From Amoeboradix gromovi X-113 (Eukaryota; Fungi; Sanchytriomycota): 32,000 nt of DNA. Location of the stretch: positions 17,640-49,639 of the forward strand of contig JADGIF010000004.1 in assembly GCA_018985225.1 (NCBI GenBank), in the 5' to 3' direction. Below are positions 21,391 through 32,000 of this stretch, one piece after another. Under the pieces are notes generated by a model, which was not told the origin of the DNA, made no database searches, and saw only the letters and a list, made by a program, of their open reading frames with translations. Positions within the stretch are counted from its first letter, which is position 1; each line of letters starts with the position of its first letter. A program made the translations under genes and the position numbers.

Positions 21391-23324
21391 CTCCCCGTCC
21401 GTGTAGCGGGTCTGATTGAACCTTGGTCGTCGAAGATACTCAGGACGCGCTAATCCGTGGATTGCGCTGTCTGCGATCTTCCAGATGTTTTTAGACGCGT
21501 TGGTATCCCGGTTCCATAGACGTTGGCAGGTCTTATACCTGACAAGCCCATGACGCAGGATGCGTCCGGTACGGTACGTTCTCGGGTTCTCACACTCCAA
21601 GAAGGTCTTACACTCTCTGTGTTCATTGCAATGGCTACAGCGGCAACTACTGCGAAACTCATTGACCAGATACACCTCCTAGACTGCCTTACGTAAGAGC
21701 GTACGGAACCCCTTGCCCTGATCGGCTCCTTGAATTTGCGATGCTGTTTCTGTTCCCAGTCGCCTATCGCGATGACAGTTTCCTCACCGCTTCCGAATTT
21801 CGCCTTGAACTCCCGTATCATCTTTGCCTAAGTACGCTGACGACCTATGAACGAGAGCATCTTCATCCTCCGGAACATGTGATCCTCGTAGAACGGCAGC
21901 ACTCTCACGTTCATCTCGTTCTTTTTTCTTACGTAGTCCTTGAACGAATCGGGTCGTCTTCTTGTTGTATGCGCTCAGTTCCGTTTACCACTCTATCACT
22001 CGCTTGCCGTCTATTAACTCATGCTTACGTGTCTGTGGGTAGTTGCGGAACCTTTTCACGTACGTCTCCTTCCGAGGGGTGTCTTGTGTGTATCGATAGA
22101 TGGTCTTGTTGGCACCGGGATCATCGACGCAGTATAACAGGTCGCTCATGCTAAGATCGATGGCGACCAACTTCTTCTTGGCTACCTCGGTGTAATCAGG
22201 CAACTCGTCGATGTACTACTCAGGTCGAGGAGGAGCCATTTTCGGCTTCCTGCCTATGAACTCCTTTCGCACAAATAGGATGCTGATGCTGACACCATCT
22301 GTCTTCACCATGTGATCGAACGTGTAGCCGTGGGTGTCGGGTTCGATGTGGAAGCACTTCATGTGCGTCTTGAAGAAGAAGTCCCAGATGCGTCGTTGGT
22401 GTCGTACCAGGTTGCCCTTAGTGGTGTAGAACCCTGCGTACCGTAATACTTGGTCATACATAGATACACGAGGGTCGTCGTATTCATACGGAAGTGCTTG
22501 GGTATCAGGTCGCTTCTCAGAGGGAAGACGCTACTCGCTTTCTGACCACTTACTTCTACGTGTCGCATCATGTACAGCATACACGGCAGGTAATTCTGTG
22601 GCGAGCAGCAAATGTCGTAATACACCTTCTCTTTGAGAACACGTGTCGGTACGACGTGAGGTCTCTGCTTGTCGATCCACGAATGATACATGACGTCAGA
22701 TGTCTTCTCTTCGCTCGGAGACAATAGATCCGTCTTCATATTACGTAATTGCGTACACAGAGCACTCATCATCGACTGCTTCTGATTGCTCGACGCGTCG
22801 GAATTCTTGATCTCCATGAGCGCGTCCTTCTTGTCCCAGGCCACATTGACAAACCGCTCGACGTACTCGACGAAATGAGCCTTGATATTGTTCTCGTACA
22901 TCGTGATCACCTCTACCGCCATGTGCGAGACAGCAGTGTCCATGTATGTGAAAGGGATTTCTTCGCTGACGTAAGCCTTGTAGTGTTCGTCGTAGAACTC
23001 GCGCAATAGTTTCTTGACCGTATTGGCCTTCTCTCCAGCTGGTCTTCCCGAAGTAGCGACCTTACGCGACACCTTCAGCACCTCTTTGACGAAATCTTTG
23101 TCCAGTACCGGGAAGGGTACGCCGGTCTCATAGCAGTGGAGCATGTACAACTTGAGGAAGTGGAGGCCGTGGGTCATGATCGTGTTGGCTCGTTTCGTCG
23201 CTTCCTGTAGCTTATCGATGATTACGTCATTTCTAACGACGCTCTTCAGGCTTGTCTTGATGCTCTGATAGTTGGGCAGAGTAGGATTCGGATCCGGCGG
23301 CTTCTTCATACTCTTAGGGGACAT
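21388..23324 (-). pseudogene. Fanzor1 (TnpB-derived RuvC RNA-guided endonuclease) pseudogene, ~640-650 codons when reconstructed
   Basis: YQSIKTSLKS N-terminus; FDHMVKTDGVSISILF; RuvC-I LVAIDLSMSDLLYC; IAIGDW; RuvC-II YLVNEFRSSCRCSHC; RuvC-III WNRDTNASKNI. Stops at 22216-18, 21985-87, 21828-30 and 21679-81; frameshifts near 22432, 21950 and 21718. Confidence 0.9.
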
Positions 23325-23375
23325 TTGATTTGGCTTGATTAAACGCGTTCCGTGATCAACTGTCACGAGTTATAC

Positions 23376-23573
23376 TTAAGTGCTTTTACTTCTTGCGAAA
23401 TGTGTAGAGGATGGTACGGAGTGCCAGTTGGCCTTCACGTGGTATTGTGCGACCCAACGACCTAACGTCATGGTCTCACAGTTGCAAATGCCACACGTTT
23501 CGGCTCTGTTATGCGACTGCTCGAGGTGGTGTCGTACGGCAGTCTCTTTGTAGTCCTCAGACTGACGTGGCAT
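23376..23573 (-). pseudogene. Truncated IS630/Tc1-like transposase (N-terminal HTH only)
   Basis: MPRQSEDYKETAVRHHLEQSHNRAETCGICNCETMTLGRWVAQY fits the recalled S.DYK..AV.YYL...C.IF.C...L.RWV..Y HTH of IS630-family transposases. It starts 22 bp inside the TIR and has no DDE domain. Confidence 0.65.
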
Positions 23574-23717
23574 TTTCTTTAAGGCGGAGAGAAACAAATA
23601 ACATTTTAAATGCCAAACGGTTTAAATTAAGCCTAGGCCATTAAATCAATTCAAAGTGTGTTAACATTCTAAGAGTATATCAGTGATGGTGGAATAGAGC
23701 CAGTAAATTTACCATTT

Positions 23718-23745
23718 GGGACATCAGATATGTAAACTAGAGTAA
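23718..23745 (+). repeat. Solo degenerate TIR of the GGG MITE family
   Basis: GGGACATCAGATATGTAAACTAGAGTAA is 23/28 identical to the 12064 TIR; no partner TIR found. Confidence 0.5.
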
Positions 23746-23913
23746 CTTGAAAATCTCAGAAACTTCAAAATTAAACTTTCAGAATATTTAAGTCTACGAA
23801 TAGAGAGAAATATATAACTCCAACTTGACAGATGAACTCAATTCTTGCAGATTGAGATTTGACTGAGTAGATGGAATTTTATGAATGGATTTTTTACCGT
23901 TCTGCCATAGGCA

Positions 23914-24256
23914 TCAGACTCCACAGTTGATACGGTATTCGTCTCTATGTTTATAGTTTCGATAGCAAACGGCAGGATTTTGGTTATCTTCGAGCGTTTT
24001 ACTCGCAGTGATCTTTTTGCATGACTACGCAAAATCAAGATATGCCGCAATGAATGAATACTTTATTTATAGCTGCATCAACTCGATCACCGGAGGCACT
24101 AAATTCCGCCCCGTGGCTGGATGGTCCGAATTGAACACAATCAGTCATCCAGTTTAACTGTGTATAACTATACTTATACAGCTTAATCGCTTTTAAGTAC
24201 TCTTTAGGCGATGGAATAGTTTCCTTTGCTATCAGAAGCAGCAAGAAAGTCAGCAT
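23914..24256 (-). CDS. Possible small secreted cysteine-containing protein (73 aa unspliced, or 101 aa if 24025-24061 is an intron)
   Basis: Hydrophobic start MLTFLLLLIA. A 37-nt GT-AG segment joins AAINK|SCKKITAS...INCGV* in frame, giving 4 Cys, but it lacks the TAAC consensus. Confidence 0.3.
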
Positions 24257-24450
24257 TTCTAGGACTTTTCAACACAAATACGTATGTGATTATCGGTCCT
24301 TGCAAATTTGAACGGATTGGACAGTTTAATTATCAAATATTCCCAATTCAAAAATGCTTTCAATTGATTTCATAACAATGAATAAAAACTAGTCTTATTT
24401 CGCAGATTTGGATGCGTAATAGGTCCAGGATCGGGGGTTTTGAGGTTATT

Positions 24451-24640
24451 GGGACACCAAATATAAAAACTAGACCAAGTCGTTTTTAAAGTAGGTGTTC
24501 CATAAGGAGGAAATGCTATTATTAATAAAGTCTTTTCAGTCCTTCTTTCATTAATGTCATTCCATCTTTAAAATAAAACAAGATGACCACTATCTCTTTC
24601 AAATATACGAGGTCTTTGAGTGCCTAAGCAAAAGATGCGC
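24451..24640 (-). mobile_element. Diverged, inverted partial copy of the MITE right end
   Basis: Aligns with the reverse complement of ~12278-12468 (GGGACACCAAATATAAAA..., GGAGGAAATGCTAT, GAGGTCTTTGAG, CTAAGCAAAAG). Confidence 0.85.
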
Positions 24641-25321
24641 TATCTACTACTCTACCACTATTATCTTCCATCTTTTTTTTCTTCTTACCACCTTTCCTAT
24701 AACTTATTTTGCGGTGGTGAGAACAGTGATCGGTGGCTTGAAGACCTTTCTGATTATTATCTAAAAGCATTGAAATTGGATTTTTATCATTATAGAACAA
24801 GCAAAGCAACTAACGCTCCTACAACCCTCAAGCGTGAATTAATAGCATGCATGTATGTATATTTTCCTTGCTGCGTTATGATCAATAACCACTGGTAAAT
24901 GACAGTTTTTGACGTGTATATTCAAATTGCATATCTTAAAAGTACCACACATTGCGAACGCTTGACAAGTAAATGCCTTATGACATTCTATTATGTTTTT
25001 GCTCTTGAATTGCACTTTCACTCCATTTTAGACCAATCCTCTGAACATTCTATTTATGTGATTAAAAACTCTAAAATAGGAGTATACTGCAGCGATACAG
25101 CTTACGCAATCACGACAAATGGCTTGCTTAATTGAAATCGATAGCTTCTATTGGTTTGAAATGACGAAATCAGTGGAGAGATATTATAAATTCTAGATAG
25201 TTATAATAGTGCAAATGTGGTTATCGAGACTACAGAGATGTATGCTGAAGAAGTATCTATACTTGAGAAAAGTCATTCACGCAAGTTGTTGAAGAACTGC
25301 AGGTTTGACTTTTGGGAGTAA
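24620..25321 (+). pseudogene. Decayed Ulp1/C48 peptidase-like ORF
   Basis: One frame runs 24620-25321 with five internal stops. Motif order WLED..DYYLKAL, YVYFP...NNHW*MTVFD, IAYLKS, NSKIGVY resembles WLND..I.FYL, IP....HW.L...D, YYDS, N..DCGVF. Confidence 0.4.
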
Positions 25322-25345
25322 ATATTAATTATTACAGTTTTTTAT

Positions 25346-26230
25346 TTACCGTCCAAAGGAAAATCCAGTTTTTGGAGCGGCCAAATTGGAACCAAATGAA
25401 GTATTTATAGAAGGCCTATTAGGCTGTTGGCCAAATCCTGAAACATTGCTTTGTCCAAATCCAGTATTTGATGGCTGCTGACCAAATCCTGAAGTGCTAT
25501 TTTGTCCAAATCCACCTGTTGTTCCGAAGCCTGAAGTTGCACCTTGGCCGAATGTAGGTGCGGTGCCAAAAGATGTTCTAGCCTGAGTATTAAATGGCAT
25601 AGGTTGCTGTTGTAGCTGTTTAGCAGGAGTTAAAGCATTCGCGTATTCCTGAATCCTCATGCCACCGTGATCCATGACGTTATGCTGCAATTTGATTCTG
25701 TCATATTCTGAAGTTAGCTGTTGAACATGCTCATGGAGAGCCTTGTGGTTTTGTTCAAGCCATTCCAAAGACGCAAACATGTTCTTGATAGAGGGAATTA
25801 TGAGTTGGGGGTCACCATTTTCATTAGCAAATTGGTCAACCAAGTCAACAAGTTCCTTGAATCGTTGCTGAAGATCACTTAGTACAGTATTGAAATACTC
25901 AAATGGAAATGGTTTGGATTTCTCCTTAAGATATTCAACAGCAACGATTTCACAGGATAAAGAGTTGGTTTTCTGTTGAATCAGATCAACATTAAAATTA
26001 AGCGTACCCAGTTGAGACTGGAATGATTCTAATTGCTGTCCCAATTGCTCCAGTAATGCAAAATGCTGCGGTCTTTTCAATTCCTTCAATTCTTTAGTTT
26101 GCTTTGACAAAATATCATTTTCTTTTTTAAATGCCTGTATGTCCTCATCAGCCTTCTTAACTTGTGCTTTAAAATTTGGATCAGTATCACTTAGTCTAGT
26201 GGTTGGTAACATATGAACCGGTTGCTGCAT
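25346..26230 (-). CDS. NUP49: Nucleoporin Nup58/Nup49-like, 294 aa, with C-terminal FG repeats
   Basis: TRLSD..P..., PFEYFNTVLSDLQQR and IKNMFASL...LHEHVQQL coiled-coil blocks resemble Nup49/Nup58; repeated SGFGQ/GFG at the C-terminus. Confidence 0.7.
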   Translation of the reverse strand: MQQPVHMLPTTRLSDTDPNFKAQVKKADEDIQAFKKENDILSKQTKELKELKRPQHFALLEQLGQQLESFQSQLGTLNFNVDLIQQKTNSLSCEIVAVEYLKEKSKPFPFEYFNTVLSDLQQRFKELVDLVDQFANENGDPQLIIPSIKNMFASLEWLEQNHKALHEHVQQLTSEYDRIKLQHNVMDHGGMRIQEYANALTPAKQLQQQPMPFNTQARTSFGTAPTFGQGATSGFGTTGGFGQNSTSGFGQQPSNTGFGQSNVSGFGQQPNRPSINTSFGSNLAAPKTGFSFGR

Positions 26231-26268
26231 TGTGTTTTAAAAATTAAAAAGATTTATTGTTTACCAGT

Positions 26269-28201
26269 TTATTCCTCATCACTAGAGCACTCTACTTCAT
26301 TACCTCCGTCCTTTGCTTTCCTGTCTTTCTTTTTGTCTGATTTACCTTTCATTTCCTTTTGAAGCATTGATTCTGGTGCATCCTCTAAGAAGAAGTAGTT
26401 TCCACTCAATTTTTGCTGCTTGTCTAACTGAGAATCAAACTTGTTGATTCTAGGTCTAAAATTCGTTGGATCTCTTCTAAATGTGATATCCAGAGTTTTT
26501 AAAAACGCATTCATTCCAGATAATAATGGTTGAGGTGAATTAGCATGCGCTTTAACACCAGGCGATCCATCATATACAATCACATTATCGGCTAAATAGG
26601 TTGCCATAATGAAATCATGTTCTACAATAAATGCTGTCTTTTTAGCATGAATAATAAACCTCTTTATCACTTTAGCAGCTATAATACGTTGTTCTGAATC
26701 TAAATAAGCAGAAGGCTCATCAATCAAGTACTAAGTTAGTTGTAATTACAATATCTGCACTTTGACCCAAGCATAAAATAATCGCTACACGCTGTAATTC
26801 ACCACCTGAAAGTGTCATAACCTCATTATCTAATAAGTGATCTATTTTCAAGGGTTTCACTACGTCTGTTTGGAACTGCGGATGCATGAAAGAGTGTTTA
26901 ATTTTTTTAAGAAATAAAAGTCGCACACTACCAGGAAATTTAGGGGAAATAGTTTGTGGCTTATACGATACCCTTAGTTCAGGAATATCTACAGTCAGGT
27001 CATCTGGTTTTATAGCACCTGCAAGCAATCTAATAAATGTTGTTTTACCTGTTCCGTTTTCTCCAAGCAAAACGACAACTTCTGAATCAGAGAAGCTACC
27101 CGATTCAACGTTTAAATGGAAATTGCCCATAGTCTTTTCCATCTTAGGGTAGTTATAACTAACTTGTCTTTCAATTTTAATATCATCGGCATTATTGGAT
27201 ATTTTGAACTGAAGCCCTTCAGGTCTGAATCTCATGTTCTCTGTAGGAATATGGCCGTCCAAAAATATGTTAATACCCTCACGAACAGAGTATGGCATAG
27301 TGACGACACCATAAGCACTTGGCATACCGTATAATACACAAACAAAGTCACTCAAATAATCCAAAACGCTTAGATCATGCTCCACGCAAATAACATATCT
27401 ATCCTGATGTAGCAGCATGCGGATAGTTTTGGCAGCATTTAATCTTTGCTTGACGTCCAAGTATGAAGATGGTTCGTCGAACATGTAGAGATCAGCTTGT
27501 TGAATCACAGCAATTCCAATGGAAAAACGTTGTAATTCTCCACCAGAGAGTTGGTCTACCTGTCTCTCTAGTAGTCCATGAAGATCCAAGTGTCCTAAAA
27601 CAGTATCTATTGACATCTCCTGAGAAGTGTGTTTTCCCTTCAGTAAATCGCCTATCTTACCTTTGACCATTTTGGGAATTTGATCCACATATTGCGGTTT
27701 TATGATGGCTTTTAATTCATCTTCTAATAGTTTTGTGAAATAGGTTTGCAACTCTGAGCCACGAAAATGCTTAATGATATCAGTCCATTCCGGAGGAGAA
27801 TCAAACTGACCAAGATTAGGTTTTAACTTGCCACTCAGTATTTTTAAAGCAGTTGATTTACCAATACCGTTTTGTCCCACCAATCCCAAAACCTGACCAT
27901 TACGAGGAACAGGTAAACGATGAAGCTTGAATGAGTTAGCAGAATAACGGTGTGTTGTATGCTGGCTTAAGTTTTTCGGAAGATTAATTATATTAATAGC
28001 TTCGAAAGGACACTTTTTGACACATATTCCACAACCAATGCAAAGTGATTCTGAAATCACTGCAATTTTGTCTGTTTTAGTTACTTCTATACATAACTTG
28101 CCCATTCGGACAACAGGGCAACTCTTTTTACATTCCAAGTTGCATTTCTTTGGTAGACATCTTTCATCATTAACAATGGCAATTCTAGTTACGTCACTCA
28201 T
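26269..28201 (-). CDS. RLI1: RLI1/ABCE1 Fe-S ABC ATPase; exons 28201-26750 and 26730-26269, 637 aa
   Basis: Fe-S motifs ([19 protein letters not shown]), two Walker A motifs, two LSGGELQR signatures and [14 protein letters not shown]; splicing restores ADI|[11 protein letters not shown]. Confidence 0.98.
26731..26749 (-). other. 19-nt spliceosomal intron GTAATTACAACTAACTTAG
   Basis: Interrupts the conserved Walker B region ADIYLIDEP; removal restores it exactly; canonical ACTAAC branch site. Confidence 0.93.
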
Positions 28202-28270
28202 AGGATGGGGTGTTTTATTTTTGAGATAAAAAAAGATACATCAAAATCAGTCAACAGCAACAAATTTGAT

Positions 28271-29305
28271 TTATTTTAATCTATTACTTAGCTCTGTCCT
28301 TTGTGCCTCCGTAAAATAACCGTCAATTAGCAAGTTTAATTCAGATTTGTCCTTGATTCTTGAAAATTGTTTGATAGACCAAGTCATAACCCATAATTGC
28401 ACATCTTTTCCCCAAAAAAACTTTTTTATTCTCTCCATGTGCTGCTTATATTTTTCATTAATAGACCCACTTGCATATATGTCTAGTTGTATAGAATCCA
28501 GCAAAGACCTAGCAGCCAGTATTACAGTGTTTAGCATTAGATTGACCATCTTAACTGTGTCCTCATCTGGGGGCCTCTTTGAAAAGTATTTTATGTAAAA
28601 CAATAAATCCCAATAGATCATGTAGAGCAAACTCATAGATTGAGCGCTATTGATCCTTTTGACACTAGATGTGATTTCTGAGAGTATGGAAACAAACTGA
28701 GGATATGCTAGCCATGGCACAACGTGATTAGTAAAATCTTTGTAAGTCTGAATGTAAGTAAAATAGAGATTCAAAATGGTTTGGTCTTTGTATGTTACCA
28801 ATAACGGCTGCAAGTGGTGCAATTGTTGAACCAAAATAAGACCTTGAAATTCGCTGGGTATCTTGAACTTAACATGAACAAACTTGTAGTGAGAAATGAT
28901 TTTGTCGTTCAAAGCATATATTTCCTTAAGATTTGACTTTGTAAACTGTACATTATCAGAGTTTAACAGTTTGTTAGTTAAACTTGATTGAACATGGCCT
29001 TTTAAGTCAATTTGCTTGACTACTAACAAGAGCAGCTCTTTGCAAATTGCAAATAGAGATTGCATAGTGCCATTGAAAGATGATATTATAGAATTCACCT
29101 GTGCATGTGCACTTGCAGCTCGAACTTCTTCTTGGTCCACAAGTTTGCCGCCAATTCTTTCATAAGCTACCAATAAATCATGAACTTGTCGGACATTGGT
29201 GTTGAATGGAATACTCCTTGCTTTTATGTCCTCACACCTATCTGGTTTGCCAACGTACTTAAGTTCTTGTAATAACGCAAAGTTCTGGTGAATAAAATTC
29301 TGCAT
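28271..29305 (-). CDS. Helical protein of unknown function, weakly ZW10/Dsl1 C-terminal-like (likely start MQNF at 29305)
   Basis: Long ORF in a gene-dense context; the C-terminus SELNLLIDGYFTEAQRTELSNRLK resembles recalled ZW10 [25 protein letters not shown]. The CDS is likely real but the product call is weak. Confidence 0.55.
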   Translation of the reverse strand: MQNFIHQNFALLQELKYVGKPDRCEDIKARSIPFNTNVRQVHDLLVAYERIGGKLVDQEEVRAASAHAQVNSIISSFNGTMQSLFAICKELLLLVVKQIDLKGHVQSSLTNKLLNSDNVQFTKSNLKEIYALNDKIISHYKFVHVKFKIPSEFQGLILVQQLHHLQPLLVTYKDQTILNLYFTYIQTYKDFTNHVVPWLAYPQFVSILSEITSSVKRINSAQSMSLLYMIYWDLLFYIKYFSKRPPDEDTVKMVNLMLNTVILAARSLLDSIQLDIYASGSINEKYKQHMERIKKFFWGKDVQLWVMTWSIKQFSRIKDKSELNLLIDGYFTEAQRTELSNRLK

Positions 29306-29467
29306 GCTTTCAGAATTGTAACAAAATTTAAAACACAAAAATCACATGAGTCAACAATGGTTTGTGCGTTAGTATGACTTGATTAAATTACGAATGAGAG
29401 CTTTGATTCAAGCTTGATTTGCACTGCATGTTTTTTTACAATTACATCGTGGCACCCCTTTACATGA

Positions 29468-31591
<2,124 letters not shown>

Positions 31592-31889
31592 ATGAATCAA
31601 ATAAATCAAGATTAATCTAATCTCTTGTAAAGTTATAAGGATGCAAAACTGATCCTTGCTAAGCAAAAATAACTTGGCTATTATCTGAACAAGACTCGCA
31701 TAGATAATGAATGCAGTTGGCATATAAATGGGTACGATGATAAAACTGTTTTCACGAGTTCGCGACATGTGCCCTTGGATATGCATGGTTGCATTACAAG
31801 CAGCTCGATTGTTTTCTTGAATATATCATTTATCGCGAATTTGTATGCATTTTTATATAATTTCATGACTATTTCAAATTTTTCCAATA

Positions 31890-32000
31890 GGGACATCAAA
31901 TATAAAAACTGGACTAACTTTCTGCAACAACTTGGAACATTATTTCAGCTTTAATAATTTTATGGATTTAAGAGGCGAGTGGACATTCAGCTAGTTGCGG
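31890..32000 (+). mobile_element. Left end of another MITE copy, running off the window
   Basis: Near-identical to 12064-12150 except for a few substitutions and 24 extra bases (31946-31969). Confidence 0.9.

Larger units (their letters stand above)
21272..23622 (-). mobile_element. 2351-bp IS630/Tc1-mariner-like TIR transposon carrying Fanzor1 (non-autonomous, decayed)
   Basis: 27-bp TIRs at 21272-21298 and 23596-23622 (25/27 identical, core ACCGTTTGGCATTTAAAATG); flanking TA at 21270-21271 and 23623-23624; abrupt rise in GC between the TIRs. Confidence 0.9.

Noticed and set aside
21679-22218. In-frame TAG/TAA in Fanzor and GFA1 as evidence of a reassigned genetic code
   Set aside because: Host genes end normally in TAA/TAG/TGA. 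The Fanzor stops appear to replace different residues (Glu, Tyr) and co-occur with frameshifts; the GFA1 TAG is a splice acceptor.
25360-25580. Repeated CCAAATCC units resembling a repeat array
   Set aside because: They simply encode nucleoporin GFG repeats; not CRISPR-like.
26720-26750. Programmed frameshifting or sequencing error to explain the split genes
   Set aside because: All four breaks share GT-AG ends and a TAAC-KTAG motif, and precise removal restores the frame (and conserved motifs in RLI1 and GFA1).

Overview
AT-rich, very gene-dense eukaryotic DNA in the standard genetic code. The protein set looks fungal/opisthokont and is most consistent with a reduced early-diverging fungus or relative; this is an inference and the species cannot be identified here. 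Housekeeping genes: Erf4/Golgin-A7-like, UTP20, a two-RRM SR-like protein, RALGAPB, RRP12, adenosine kinase, TMEM94, Nup58/Nup49, RLI1/ABCE1, a possible ZW10-like protein and GFA1. Four of these are split by ultra-short spliceosomal introns (19, 19, 19 and 21 nt) sharing GTA...YTAAC-KTAG, a fused branch point/3' splice site. An accessory island (~20.7-25.3 kb) holds a GC-rich 2351-bp TIR transposon (21272-23622, TA duplication). It carries a truncated IS630/Tc1-like HTH transposase, a pseudogenised Fanzor1 (eukaryotic TnpB-like RNA-guided nuclease) and an intact-looking hairpin array at the right end, the candidate omegaRNA. Also present: a GGG-terminated MITE family (one full copy, three partial ends), a decayed Ulp1-like ORF, an unannotated 59-aa C2H2 zinc-finger microprotein and a three-hairpin candidate ncRNA. 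All family assignments come from recalled motifs, not database searches.
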